IMG/VR virus record: IMGVR_UViG_3300037467_002544
Span: 1 to 46,854 of that record
Origin: a virus
Taxonomy: Duplodnaviria; Caudoviricetes
Strand: one strand, 5' to 3'
Length of the DNA: 46,854 nt
Positions 9,524 through 18,755 of this stretch are shown here, one piece after another; position 1 is the stretch's first letter, and each line of letters begins with the position of its first letter. The translations under genes and the position numbers were made by a program. The notes below the pieces were generated by a model, which searched no databases, was not told where the DNA came from, and saw only the letters and a list, made by a program, of their open reading frames with translations.

Positions 9524-10369
9524 ATGAAATCATGCATCTATTCGATTCGTTTCAGTGAGAACATTTACATTGGATCAACGAAGAACTTCAGTGCTCGCAG
9601 GAGCAAGCATCTGACGCAGTTGCGATCCGGAAATCATCACAGCAATCGTCTCCAACGAGCATTTGAGAAGTATGGTGAGGAACGCATTCAGTTTGAAATC
9701 CTTGAAGAATGCCCAGTCGATCAGCTTCAAGCCGTTGAGCAGGAGTACATAAACCGGCTCAAGCCCCGTTACAATTCCACTACGGACGTTTACTGCCCAA
9801 GCCGAGATCCAGAAGTCAGCGAGAAAATCCGGCAAACGCTGACTGGGCGCAAACGTGATCCGGAAATCGGCCGCAAGTCCGGCAATACCCAGCGCGGCAA
9901 GAAGCTCACCGAGGAGCACAGAAAGAAGCTTTCCGAAGCGCTTCTTGGTCGTCCGCGATCGGAAGAAACTCGCCGGAAGATCAGCGTAGGCAACAAGGGC
10001 AAGCCAAAATCGGCTGAGCACCGTGCCAAAATGTCCGAGGTTCGAAGGGGCAAGAAACAATCGCCCGAGCATATTGCTAAAGCTGCCGCTGCAAGAATTG
10101 GCCACGTGGTCACCGAGGAGACCCGTCAGAAGATCTCCGCGGCGAACAAGGGCCGCACCGTCCCCCAGGAGCAGCGTGACAAACTCCGCGAACTGAACCG
10201 TGATCAGTTTATTGCAGTCATGTGCATCGAGACCGGTGAGGTGTTTGAGACCATGCAGGCCGCGGCTGACTCCCGCGGGAAGACTCGGCAGTCACTGACC
10301 TGTCATCTTCAGGGTAAGTCGAAGACGTTTGCAAAGCAGCATTGGAAACTGGTCGAGAAAACCGATTAA
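9524..10369 (+). CDS. GIY-YIG homing endonuclease with NUMOD3 repeats and C-terminal NUMOD1-like domain
   Basis: CIYSI..IYIGST..R...HL..L...H...LQ.AF.KYG..EQ.YI...YN; S/TEEHRKKLS repeats; VMCIETGEVF. Confidence 0.9.
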   Translation: MKSCIYSIRFSENIYIGSTKNFSARRSKHLTQLRSGNHHSNRLQRAFEKYGEERIQFEILEECPVDQLQAVEQEYINRLKPRYNSTTDVYCPSRDPEVSEKIRQTLTGRKRDPEIGRKSGNTQRGKKLTEEHRKKLSEALLGRPRSEETRRKISVGNKGKPKSAEHRAKMSEVRRGKKQSPEHIAKAAAARIGHVVTEETRQKISAANKGRTVPQEQRDKLRELNRDQFIAVMCIETGEVFETMQAAADSRGKTRQSLTCHLQGKSKTFAKQHWKLVEKTD

Positions 10370-10851
10370 GCGCTCCGCTTAGGGCGTTTCCAGTACTTGC
10401 TCGGTGGCTTCGGTTTCTGTCCGAGGCGGGTCGATGGCCGCTGTGCGCTCCAGAACGCGTTGCCGTCCGGCGTGAGTTTGCCACCAAACCGACCAGATGC
10501 CACGATGCGCATCCCGCACTTCGTTGCAAAGTCGTACATTTCGGTGGCAAGGCCCTGGCGCTGGTAGTCACGGTTGACGACGAGGTTTTCGGCTGACCAC
10601 GTTCCATCGTAATCTCCGGCATCGTAGCGGTCTTTAACAGAATTTCGGCTAAACGAAGCTCCGCCGATGTATTCGTCTCCTGCATGAATGGTGACGGTGA
10701 CGCGTTCGTATCCCTGTTCGGTCCTTGTGGGATCCTCTGGAACGTGCTGAATCACCATGATGGCAGTGCGGCCATCCTTGAGAGTGAGTTTCTTGGACTT
10801 ACGTAGGCCGGGAGTTATTTCCTTTGCCTCGACAATTTCATGATAACGCAT
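10366..10851 (-). CDS. GNAT acetyltransferase, putative internal virion protein
   Basis: VNRDYQRQGLATEMY (acetyl-CoA binding motif A), LTPDGNAFW; start MRYHEIVE 4 nt after TAAATA. Confidence 0.75.
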   Translation of the reverse strand: MRYHEIVEAKEITPGLRKSKKLTLKDGRTAIMVIQHVPEDPTRTEQGYERVTVTIHAGDEYIGGASFSRNSVKDRYDAGDYDGTWSAENLVVNRDYQRQGLATEMYDFATKCGMRIVASGRFGGKLTPDGNAFWSAQRPSTRLGQKPKPPSKYWKRPKRSA

Positions 10852-10900
10852 CACGTATTTAGCCGTTGTGCATCTGGTGTATCTCCGACAGCCGCACACA

Positions 10901-10935
10901 AAAAGACCCTCGGAGATCGTTCCGAGGGTTCTTTT
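10901..10935. terminator. Bidirectional terminator
   Basis: AAAAGACCCTCGGA-gatcgt-TCCGAGGGTTCTTTT. Confidence 0.75.
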
Positions 10936-11020
10936 CGTTCTTGATAGGGCGGGGGATAGCCAACAGGTTCGTATTGTAATCGGACCATACCGTCCACTGG
11001 ACCTCGGATAGGCGGCTGAC

Positions 11021-11320
11021 TCAGAGTCCTATGAATTTGTCGAGACAGGGTTGGGTACGCTTATCAACGTGCGCGGACCGTATCGCAGCGCGCATCATGG
11101 TTGCGTTCATCCCTTGCCTCTGTAAGCAGGTGGCAAATTCCCGCGAATTCACATCTTCCGGTCTTGCCAGATCGGGAGATACGATTGCACGAATGAGTGC
11201 GGGAACAAGCGGAACCATTTTCTGAAGTTCGGCCGCGTCTGAAGCGCTGGCAGGTTGTGGACCTATTTGGGCAAGGCTCGCCACAGCAGCAAACAGCATG
11301 ATCCTCATCCTAGTGTGCAT
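11021..11320 (-). CDS. Small putatively exported protein
   Basis: N-terminal signal-peptide-like MRIMLFAAVASLA...ASA; two Cys. Confidence 0.55.
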   Translation of the reverse strand: MHTRMRIMLFAAVASLAQIGPQPASASDAAELQKMVPLVPALIRAIVSPDLARPEDVNSREFATCLQRQGMNATMMRAAIRSAHVDKRTQPCLDKFIGL

Positions 11321-11353
11321 ATTTGCACCTCGTGCATTGCGATACGAAGACCC

Positions 11354-11578
11354 TCAATCCTGAGGGCGTGGCGGCTGCGGGCACCGCGGGGTGAGTTTGT
11401 AGACGGCATCGCGCCCGTACCACGTCACGCCCTTCGTCCATTTCTGCGACCGGGCGGATCAGCAGCGGCCCCAGACGGTGCCGTTCTCTTCGACCTTCGT
11501 GACGAACATCCATCTTGGGTTCGCGAGGCCGACCGGGATGACCTCTCCGACGAAGCCGTGTTGGCGAGCCTCAGCCAT
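11354..11578 (-). pseudogene. Small gene interrupted by an in-frame TGA
   Basis: MAEARQHGFVGEV...TVWGRC*SARSQKWTKGVTWYG...QD*; internal TGA at 11459-11461. Confidence 0.4.
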
Positions 11579-11602
11579 CTGTGTTCTTCCGCCAGAGTGG
11601 GT

Positions 11603-11872
11603 TCAGTTCGTCGTCACGGGGGCGCGGCCGGAGAAGAGTTCGAGCAGCTTGTCCCCATTGAAGATCGCACCCTCAGCGAGGATGTCGCGCTCGTGGATCG
11701 CCTTGGTCGTCTGCCAGGACGCCCAGATGCGATCGGCGAGATCGGCAATTTGCCGGGCAGAGAGTGCGGCGACCACCTCGGGGCCGATCGTCTCGATCAC
11801 CGCTTGGAAGCTGTCTGGGCAGGGCCCGATCTTAGCGAGGCGAGCGGCGCGCTTGATCTTTATCGCGTTCAT
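11603..11872 (-). CDS. Hypothetical protein
   Basis: GGAG SD; part of a co-oriented run of small genes. Confidence 0.7.
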   Translation of the reverse strand: MNAIKIKRAARLAKIGPCPDSFQAVIETIGPEVVAALSARQIADLADRIWASWQTTKAIHERDILAEGAIFNGDKLLELFSGRAPVTTN

Positions 11873-11884
11873 GGCCGTCTCCCT

Positions 11885-12211
11885 TCAGACGAACTTCCAC
11901 ATGTCACCTCGACGAAACTCGTCCAACTGTTTCTGCGTGTAGGAGCCCATCGTGGCAAGGCCGGCAACCCGGCTTGTACCGAGGTCTTTGACCTGTGAGG
12001 CGATAATGATGCCGCGGCCGTGTGCCCCCAGAACCTCTCCGATGGCATCCGCTTCACAGTTCGCGACAGCGATGCCCCTGACGATTGTGGTATCGTTCTG
12101 GTGGTTGTGTTGAACAATGAGAGAAACTTCGAACAGGCGGTCTTCATCTTTGGACATAGATGTCTCTGGATGCGGAGAGTGCTGGTCGAAGTGAATGGCC
12201 GAGTCGCTCAT
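11885..12211 (-). CDS. Hypothetical protein
   Basis: GAGG SD; co-oriented run. Confidence 0.6.
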   Translation of the reverse strand: MSDSAIHFDQHSPHPETSMSKDEDRLFEVSLIVQHNHQNDTTIVRGIAVANCEADAIGEVLGAHGRGIIIASQVKDLGTSRVAGLATMGSYTQKQLDEFRRGDMWKFV

Positions 12212-12232
12212 GGGTCGTTTCCTCTCTCAGTC

Positions 12233-12547
12233 TCAGGCGGACATCCGGTAGTCGTCATCGGTAGCGAAGGCCGGGCCGGTCTCCAGGAGGGTGGCGGCGA
12301 ACCGGTCCGGCAAGAGCATCTGCTCCCAAAGGTCATCGAGGAAGTACTCGCGGTCGTAGAGGTCGCAGACCACGAAACGGGTGGTCGTGTTCTCACCCCA
12401 GGTACTGCGGACCGGATCGTTGGCGTGGAACGCGTGGGCGATGCAAGGACCAAGGTCGTCGCTCTGGAAGACAACCTCGCGGCGCACTTGGATCTCATTG
12501 CCGCGGAAGTCCCATCTGTTGGTGCGGCGGATCACTCGGAAGGTCAT
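12233..12547 (-). CDS. Hypothetical protein
   Basis: GGAG SD; co-oriented run. Confidence 0.7.
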   Translation of the reverse strand: MTFRVIRRTNRWDFRGNEIQVRREVVFQSDDLGPCIAHAFHANDPVRSTWGENTTTRFVVCDLYDREYFLDDLWEQMLLPDRFAATLLETGPAFATDDDYRMSA

Positions 12548-12563
12548 CTCTAGGCTCCCTCGT

Positions 12564-12869
12564 TCAGCCGGCGGTCAGGCCGAGCGCACGGGCCTCGGCA
12601 CGGGCCTCGCTCTGCCAACTCGGGCCGCCGTCGGCCATGTTGTAGCGGTGCAGCGAACCGTTCGAGCGGCTGATGTATTTGGATGAGTGCAGCGACTGCT
12701 GGCCGGTCAGGGCCAGAACGAGGCGGTCCCAGATCCGGTAGGCGGTCCAATCGGACGCGTTCGCAGCGGCGCTGCGCTCCCGGTAGATGTGGCCATAGAT
12801 GTTCATGTCATGCGGGTGACGGGTGGTGCGGAACGCCGGCAGGCTCTTGAAGGCGGAACGGGTGGTCAT
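12564..12869 (-). CDS. Hypothetical protein
   Basis: GGAG SD; co-oriented run. Confidence 0.7.
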   Translation of the reverse strand: MTTRSAFKSLPAFRTTRHPHDMNIYGHIYRERSAAANASDWTAYRIWDRLVLALTGQQSLHSSKYISRSNGSLHRYNMADGGPSWQSEARAEARALGLTAG

Positions 12870-12896
12870 CGGTTGGTTCTCCCAGTCAGAGTGTGA

Positions 12897-13214
12897 TCAG
12901 GCGGCGCGGGCCAGTTCGGCCCAGCGATACGACTTCTCGACCTCACGCATCGTCCCGAACGCCTTCGCGACGGTCATCTGCACCTCTTCGGTCTCGCCGT
13001 AGATGTAGATCCTGCCCTTACCAATGAACTGTCCGAACAGGGTGATCTGATCGGCCTTCTTCATCCGACCGCGCCACGTGCCCCGAATCGAACCGGTGTG
13101 CTCCATCAGGAAGAAGGCCATCGCGGCAGCCCGATCGACCAGGGCGGTCCCAGTCATGTGGGCGTCCAGCGCGTAGTCCATGTCCTTCCGGTACAGGCTC
13201 TGACGGTTATTCAT
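12897..13214 (-). CDS. Hypothetical protein, first gene of a putative early operon
   Basis: GGAG SD; downstream of the palindrome-flanked promoter. Confidence 0.7.
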   Translation of the reverse strand: MNNRQSLYRKDMDYALDAHMTGTALVDRAAAMAFFLMEHTGSIRGTWRGRMKKADQITLFGQFIGKGRIYIYGETEEVQMTVAKAFGTMREVEKSYRWAELARAA

Positions 13215-13245
13215 CGACGCACTCCGCGTTCAGCGATGACTCTGT

Positions 13246-13295
13246 TTACGCCCTGAGGGCGTAGGAGTCAACTCGCCTACGCCCTCAGGGCGTAA
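13246..13295 (-). promoter_or_regulatory. Promoter with twin palindromic operator-like sites
   Basis: TACGCCCT(G/C)AGGGCGTA-type palindromes at 13247-13263 and 13278-13294 flank minus-strand TTGACT; together a perfect 20-bp inverted repeat with a 10-nt loop. Confidence 0.7.
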
Positions 13296-13303
13296 GATGC
13301 CCT

Positions 13304-13906
13304 TCAGTAAGATTTCTCGTCGACTGCGCCACTGTTTGAGGTCTCGACGTACTTCCAGTGATGACCGTCGAAACTCTTCTGTTTGCCTTTCAGATGTGCA
13401 CAGAGACCTTGTGTGGCCTTGTTGCGCGAAAGAGCGGCAATGAGGATGCTATCGAAGACCTCGTTCGTTTCGATGCACATCACTGGCTTTTGGTTAGCCT
13501 CCACAAGCTTGCGGCGGGTCTCTTCCGAGAGCGTTTTGCCGCGGCGGGCTTCAGACAGCTTCCGGCGGTGCTCTTCCGAGAGCGTTTTGCCGCGATGGTA
13601 TTCGGCGGTCTTCTGGCGACCCGCTAGCGATCTTTGTCGTAGATTCTGGCGCGCCTCTTCCGCAAGCGCGTTTGCCTGAGCCTGCCATGTATCGTTTGAT
13701 TTTTTATCCGAGGGCTCGACAAACTTCCAATGATGGCCGTCGTAACTGTGTCTTCTGCCTTTCAAGTGCGCAGTAAGACTCGGGGTAGTTCTCCCGCGCG
13801 CAGTTGCTGCGGCGCTAATGCTGTCGAACACCTCGTTTGTTTCTATGCATATTACTGCCTTTCTGAGGTCGATTGTATTACGCTCACACATCGTCGTCAT
13901 TCCCAA
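13304..13906 (-). CDS. NUMOD1/NUMOD3 DNA-binding protein without recognisable nuclease domain
   Basis: Two V.CIETNEVFDSI..AA..R.....L.AHLKG....GHHWK domains flanking RGKTLSEEHRRKLSEA repeats. Confidence 0.75.
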   Translation of the reverse strand: MGMTTMCERNTIDLRKAVICIETNEVFDSISAAATARGRTTPSLTAHLKGRRHSYDGHHWKFVEPSDKKSNDTWQAQANALAEEARQNLRQRSLAGRQKTAEYHRGKTLSEEHRRKLSEARRGKTLSEETRRKLVEANQKPVMCIETNEVFDSILIAALSRNKATQGLCAHLKGKQKSFDGHHWKYVETSNSGAVDEKSY

Positions 13907-13946
13907 ATTTTCTTCCTCACTATCGAGGAAAAGCGTAGCAGATCAG

Positions 13947-14531
13947 TCAGAAAGTCGTCTCTTCACTTGACTCACCATTTGGAGGCCCGACGAACTTCCA
14001 GTGATGGCGGTCAAAATTCCGTGTTTTGCCGTTCAGGTGCGTACTGAGACTCGCCCTAGTCTTCCCGCGCGAGAGAGCGGCGGCAGTGACACTGACGAAC
14101 ACCTCATTCGTTTCGATGCACATCACTGATTTTCGAAGGTGCTTCCCACGCTGGGCTTCCGCAGTCCTACGATTTGTTTTCGCAATCTTTTGGCGAGCCT
14201 CTCCCGTGTGCTTTCTGCCGCGCAAGGCGTCGGCAATCTTCCGGCGGTGCTCTTCTGAGAACTTTCTCCCTTGTCTGTCTTCGGACATCTTCCGACGCGT
14301 CTCTTCCGTGTGCTTTCTCCCACGCGCGGCTTCGGACATCTTCCTGCGGCTCTCTTCCGTGTGCTTTTTGCCGCGGTTGGCTTCGGACAGCTTCCGGCGG
14401 GTCTCTTCCGTGTATGTTTTGCCGCGATTGGCTTCGGACAGCTTCCGGCGACTCTCTTCCGTGTGCTTTCTCCCGCGCAATGATTCGGAAATCTTTCGGC
14501 GGTGCTCTTCCGAATGTGGCTTTCGTGCCAT
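13947..14531 (-). CDS. NUMOD3-repeat DNA-binding protein without nuclease domain
   Basis: About seven 17-aa RGRKHTEESRRKLSEA repeats plus C-terminal VMCIETNEVF...HHWKFV. Confidence 0.8.
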   Translation of the reverse strand: MARKPHSEEHRRKISESLRGRKHTEESRRKLSEANRGKTYTEETRRKLSEANRGKKHTEESRRKMSEAARGRKHTEETRRKMSEDRQGRKFSEEHRRKIADALRGRKHTGEARQKIAKTNRRTAEAQRGKHLRKSVMCIETNEVFVSVTAAALSRGKTRASLSTHLNGKTRNFDRHHWKFVGPPNGESSEETTF

Positions 14532-14534
14532 CCC

Positions 14535-15221
14535 TCAATCCTCTTCCTCACGCTCGGGGATCGCCTCTGCGTGCGCCTTCGCGCGCGCATCCTCAGCACG
14601 AACCCCCTCAATGAGGCGTGCTACCACATCGTGTTCCAAATTGGTAAGTTGGTCTCCCAGGCGCTTTCTGAGCCCCTCTAGGGCTTCCAGCGTCTCATCG
14701 CGCTGCCGCTGCTCTGCGGCCTTCTTGGCCTGATCCTCAGCCCTCCAGCGTTTCCTAGTGGCCTTGGCCTCCTGCTCTCGTCGAGCTTCCTGGGCCTCAC
14801 GCTCGGCCGTCTCGGCGGCGATCTCATCGGCTGATGGGATCTGGCCTTCCTTCAGCCACTCGGGAATCATTTGGACCATCACCTCCGGTGCGAGGGTGAC
14901 CGGACGATCCAGCACCCACTCTCGCGGTGCGTAGACCTTGCGTGCGAAATTGCTTGAGCCGTAGTAGGACCCTTCCAGAGCCTGGGCGAACCATTCCGGA
15001 CTGCCACCCTGTGGATAGATGAAATGCAGGCGAAGCACGCCGTCGACCTCAACGGCGTACTTCACGCGGAACTTTTTGATCTTCTCGGTCCGACCGTTCC
15101 ACTCAAAATCCCGATACTCCATCGGGAGTTTCGTCAAAACGATCCGATGACCCTCGACCTGGAATGTCTGGGTATCAGGGTACTTGCTCTTGGACGGTTT
15201 GGGCGGGGTGGGTGTGCTCAT
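14535..15221 (-). CDS. Hypothetical protein with C-terminal coiled coil
   Basis: 228-aa ORF directly after a TTGACG-N17-TACGCT promoter (probably leaderless). Confidence 0.7.
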   Translation of the reverse strand: MSTPTPPKPSKSKYPDTQTFQVEGHRIVLTKLPMEYRDFEWNGRTEKIKKFRVKYAVEVDGVLRLHFIYPQGGSPEWFAQALEGSYYGSSNFARKVYAPREWVLDRPVTLAPEVMVQMIPEWLKEGQIPSADEIAAETAEREAQEARREQEAKATRKRWRAEDQAKKAAEQRQRDETLEALEGLRKRLGDQLTNLEHDVVARLIEGVRAEDARAKAHAEAIPEREEED

Positions 15222-15281
15222 ACGAAACAGCGTATGAGTGCAGACTGTTTCGTCAAACGGATTCGTTCACCCCCTGGGAGA

Positions 15282-15728
15282 TTAGGATACGACGGTGAGG
15301 AGTCTGCTCCTGGTTGCGCGTAACTCGATTGGCCGGCAGGGGAAACGCTCAAAGATGTCACGCTCCCAGTCGCCACGCTTCCAGCCCATGATGTGAACTG
15401 TCTTGTTCAAGTAGTTGCCGTTCGGATAATCACCTGTGTACGCGCTGAGAACCTTCTGCTTATTGTGATAGACGCTCAGACAATGCCCCGGTGCATCGGG
15501 GAATTTGTGAGCAGAAATGTCAAATGCATGCTGTTGGACGGCTATGCCGCGGTCATTGCTTGCGCTGCCATACCGCTGCAATACACCCATGATGTGGGGG
15601 AGCAGAACGCTCAGTGCTTGGTTGCGGTTGCGACCACGGGCGGTCTGAATGCGAGAATCGCTGGAAACTGGTACCGACATCCCATCCTCCGGAGGTGGAG
15701 AGGCGTCGTACCAAACGTGTGGCTTCAA
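15282..15728 (-). CDS. Hypothetical protein
   Basis: Overlaps the tdk stop by 4 nt; co-oriented. Confidence 0.6.
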   Translation of the reverse strand: MKPHVWYDASPPPEDGMSVPVSSDSRIQTARGRNRNQALSVLLPHIMGVLQRYGSASNDRGIAVQQHAFDISAHKFPDAPGHCLSVYHNKQKVLSAYTGDYPNGNYLNKTVHIMGWKRGDWERDIFERFPCRPIELRATRSRLLTVVS

Positions 15729-16285
15729 TGCCAGTGTTCGTTACACCGCGCCTCATACTTGTCATGGCTGCCGAGTTCGACCGAGCCGCCCTCAGGCAGT
15801 TTCTTGAAGGTCTTACCCGCAGGCCGACCGCAGACCGTGCAGTTGGCGGTCAGCTTCAGGATCTCATCGGCCATTGCGGCGAGGCTCGCGGTGACTGGGA
15901 AGGGCGCGCCCTGCCAGTCCATGTCGAGGCCCGCACAGACCACCTCCTTGCCCTCCTGGAGAAGCTCACGAATGATCGTCACAACGTCGGCGGAAAAATT
16001 CGGCTCGGCAAAAAACTGAACCTCGTCGAAGCAGACCATGTCGGCCCCGGCCGCGCTGATCCGGCAGTGGTCGTCCCAGCCGATGATGGCATTCGCCATC
16101 GTCGAGAGACCGTCGTGGCTGACGATCTTCGTTGCAGAGTAGCGCGTATCGAAGGCCGGCTTGACCACATAGACGGTGCGGTTCTGACCGTTGCTGGCCC
16201 AGAGCGTCCGCTTCAACAATTCGGTCGTTTTTGATGCGTACATGGGCCCGCAGCAGAGGGTGAGTTTGCCGTAGGTCTGGCTCAT
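15725..16285 (-). CDS. tdk: Thymidine kinase
   Basis: GPMYASKTTEL, KP.FDTRY, SHDG, FDEVQFF, AGLDMD..G.PF, C..CG, GS..KYEARC..H. Confidence 0.95.
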   Translation of the reverse strand: MSQTYGKLTLCCGPMYASKTTELLKRTLWASNGQNRTVYVVKPAFDTRYSATKIVSHDGLSTMANAIIGWDDHCRISAAGADMVCFDEVQFFAEPNFSADVVTIIRELLQEGKEVVCAGLDMDWQGAPFPVTASLAAMADEILKLTANCTVCGRPAGKTFKKLPEGGSVELGSHDKYEARCNEHWH

Positions 16286-16857
16286 CCGAGGCGGTCTGCG
16301 ATCTCGTGCCAGTCGCGCACCCGGGTGACGCCGTCGTGCTCAAAGCCACGGTTATAGGCGCGATCGAGCAGGAACACCTGATGCCCGAGCCGCGCACCGG
16401 CCGCGGCATGACGGACGTTGTCCTCGACCCAGACGGTCTGGTCGTAGAAGCGCAGGTAGGATTCCTTGCAGCCACCAAGCTCGACCACATGGACGGCCTG
16501 CCAGGGGAAGCCGAAGGCCGCGCCCAGTCTCAGCCACCGCTCCTGCCTGAAATCCTCATCGAGGCCGCAGGCGGTGATCGCCACGAAGTCGTGGCCGGCC
16601 GCATAGAGGCGCGGGAGTACCGTCGCCGCACAGATCTCGGTAGGCTGCTCGATCATGCCGCCGGCCTTGGCGAACGCATCGAGGATCTCCTCGGCGCGCT
16701 CGCGTGTGCAGTCCAGCATAGCCTCGATCGAGTAGTCATCCCGGAGGGTGCCCCGGGTCTGGTGGCCGTTCGCGATGCACCAGTCCTGGAAAGGCTGGGC
16801 GAACTGCAACACCGTCTCGTCGACGTCGGTGAGGATCAGGCAGCGATCACGCGCCAT
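16282..16857 (-). CDS. HAD-superfamily 5'(3')-deoxyribonucleotidase-like phosphatase
   Basis: LILTDVDETVL, VAITA, K, WVEDN, YNR; start moved to ATG 16857. Confidence 0.85.
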   Translation of the reverse strand: MARDRCLILTDVDETVLQFAQPFQDWCIANGHQTRGTLRDDYSIEAMLDCTRERAEEILDAFAKAGGMIEQPTEICAATVLPRLYAAGHDFVAITACGLDEDFRQERWLRLGAAFGFPWQAVHVVELGGCKESYLRFYDQTVWVEDNVRHAAAGARLGHQVFLLDRAYNRGFEHDGVTRVRDWHEIADRLG

Positions 16858-17329
16858 TGGCGGGCTCACCAGCGGGTGCCGCGATCGTCTCGGCTTCCGG
16901 CGTCCCCTCGGGCGAAGAAACGCCGTCCTGAGCCTCCTGTGAGGCTTCCACGGTCGGTTTTGGGGCAGCAAAGCTCGGGTCGTTCGCCATGCGGGTCGCG
17001 ACCTTGTTCAGCCAGATCTCGATCGCCTTGGTGCACTCCTCGCGGTACTTGTTCATATAGTAGTCGACGATCTCATCGCCGGTCTTGTCGGAGAACCGAG
17101 AGCTAACCGTCTCGCCCCGCATGAGGTCGACGATCGCTGTGGCCTCGCGCATGTCCTTGTTCGGCACACGGTCCTTGATGACGATCTGCTCGAACAGGCC
17201 CCAGTTGCGGGGTGTCTCGGCCCAGCCGGCCCTGTGTGTCTGAACGCCCACGGCGGGACGCTGGACCGTGCGAACGATCAGGAACGGACGGTTGCGCAGG
17301 TTGTTGTACTTGTTCAAAATATTCCTCAA
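16847..17329 (-). CDS. Hypothetical protein
   Basis: In operon between clamp loader and HAD gene; good codon usage. Confidence 0.7.
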   Translation of the reverse strand: MRNILNKYNNLRNRPFLIVRTVQRPAVGVQTHRAGWAETPRNWGLFEQIVIKDRVPNKDMREATAIVDLMRGETVSSRFSDKTGDEIVDYYMNKYREECTKAIEIWLNKVATRMANDPSFAAPKPTVEASQEAQDGVSSPEGTPEAETIAAPAGEPANGA

Positions 17330-17335
17330 AACGTT

Positions 17336-18271
17336 TCAGCGTGAAATCGCGGCTAGTTCCACGAGTGTGGCCGACAGATTTATCTCGGGATCTGCAATGA
17401 CAGCGTGATGTAAAAGTCCATTACGGATGATCAGCAGGGCTTGATCCTTCTGCTCATCCGTATCACCCCAGAGGTCGAGATTGCGATAAAAATATCGGAA
17501 GATGTCCGGGTATTCCTCGGGCACAGCGCTCGCCACGAGGAGCTTGCGCGCCGCCAGGGTCTTGCCGGCCTGGAACAGCGAGACGACCTCGGTCAGGTAA
17601 TCCAGGCTGGTACCGCCATCGTCGGCCTTTGGCAGCAGCAGCTTGCCCCCGACGGTGCTCTGCTGAAGCACACCGATGCACTTGCGCAGGTCCGGGTAGG
17701 TGCGCTCGGCGATGGTTCCGAGAACCTCGTCCGTGTAGTCGACGCGCTCCTGCTCCAGAATGCCGACCACGCGGATCAGGAACTGTTCGGTGTCGAGGGC
17801 CTGGAAATGAAAACCTTGGCAGCGTCCTTGAATTTCTGGGGCTATCTTTTGGATGTAGTTGGCCGTCAGAATGAAGCGGCAGACGTCCTGGTACCGCTCC
17901 ATCTCCCCGCGCAGGAGCTTCTGGGCGAGCGGCGAGAGGGCGTCGGCCTCGTCCAGGAAGATGTATTTGATGCCGCTCGGACCCATTGCCCAAGTGGAGA
18001 CAAAGCTAATGATCTTGTCCTGGAGATCGTCGATCTTCCGCTCACGCGAGGCGTTGAGCGAGAGAATGTCGAACTGCGGCACGCCCATCTGATTCAGCAG
18101 CAGGTAGGCCAGCGATGTCTTACCCGTGCCGGACACACCGGAGAAGATCACATGTGGGAGTGCGCCCGCGGCGATCCATTCTTCGGCCTTCTGCCGTTGC
18201 GCGGCATCGCGCCAGACATAATCGTCCAGGGTCCGAGGTCTGTATTTTTCGGCCCAAAGCTCTACGGACAT
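17336..18271 (-). CDS. Sliding-clamp loader AAA+ subunit (RFC small / T4 gp44-like)
   Basis: LWAEKYRP, G.SGTGKTS, LNAS.ER, FLDEAD.LS..AQ..LR, RFILTANY, RC, YPDLRK. Confidence 0.95.
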   Translation of the reverse strand: MSVELWAEKYRPRTLDDYVWRDAAQRQKAEEWIAAGALPHVIFSGVSGTGKTSLAYLLLNQMGVPQFDILSLNASRERKIDDLQDKIISFVSTWAMGPSGIKYIFLDEADALSPLAQKLLRGEMERYQDVCRFILTANYIQKIAPEIQGRCQGFHFQALDTEQFLIRVVGILEQERVDYTDEVLGTIAERTYPDLRKCIGVLQQSTVGGKLLLPKADDGGTSLDYLTEVVSLFQAGKTLAARKLLVASAVPEEYPDIFRYFYRNLDLWGDTDEQKDQALLIIRNGLLHHAVIADPEINLSATLVELAAISR

Positions 18272-18298
18272 AAATCAATAACTTCGCGAAGCGATCTA

Positions 18299-18649
18299 TT
18301 AAAGAGTCTTGTCGGTGGTCGTGCGAGGGTCTTCCTCGGACATGACCAGCACGGACTCCGGATATTCGATGCGCCAGACCGTGGTCTCGTCACCATCGAT
18401 CGTGATGGACATCCCGTTGGTCCAGCGACCGTGCTTGATCAGCACCCAGTTACCCGGCACGAGATCGTCGACCTCAGGGCCGACCGCAAAGACCTTGGCC
18501 CAGCGATCGCGCACACCGCTCTCGCGCATGTTGTCGTCGGGAAGGATGATGCCTCCGCGCGTCAGCTTGACGCCATGGTCGAGATTGGAAACAAGAACGT
18601 TATTCTTAAGAAGCCGAAGACCATCGGCAGTAATATTGGTTTTGCTCAT
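18299..18649 (-). CDS. groES: Co-chaperonin GroES-like
   Basis: TRGGIILPDD..SGVRDRWAKVFAVGP, G.WVLI.HGRWT. Confidence 0.85.
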   Translation of the reverse strand: MSKTNITADGLRLLKNNVLVSNLDHGVKLTRGGIILPDDNMRESGVRDRWAKVFAVGPEVDDLVPGNWVLIKHGRWTNGMSITIDGDETTVWRIEYPESVLVMSEEDPRTTTDKTL

Positions 18650-18728
18650 CTCTGAAATGAATGAAGTTGATGACCTCAAGATACGGTCATCACGTCTTTA
18701 TTCCAATAATTATCTCACGCAACAAGGA

Positions 18729-18754
18729 GAAGAGCGGGCTCGTGGCCCGCTCTT
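18729..18754 (-). terminator. Terminator hairpin
   Basis: AAGAGCGGGC-tcgtg-GCCCGCTCTT immediately after the 18756-19220 stop. Confidence 0.65.
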
Positions 18755-18755
18755 G

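Noticed and set aside
10940-11020. Possible small structured RNA between ORF 11021 and the terminator
   Set aside because: Only short stems and no clear promoter; cannot be distinguished from a 3' UTR
14200-14520. About 51-bp tandem repeats resembling a CRISPR array
   Set aside because: They are in-frame NUMOD3 codon repeats without unique spacers, and no cas genes are present
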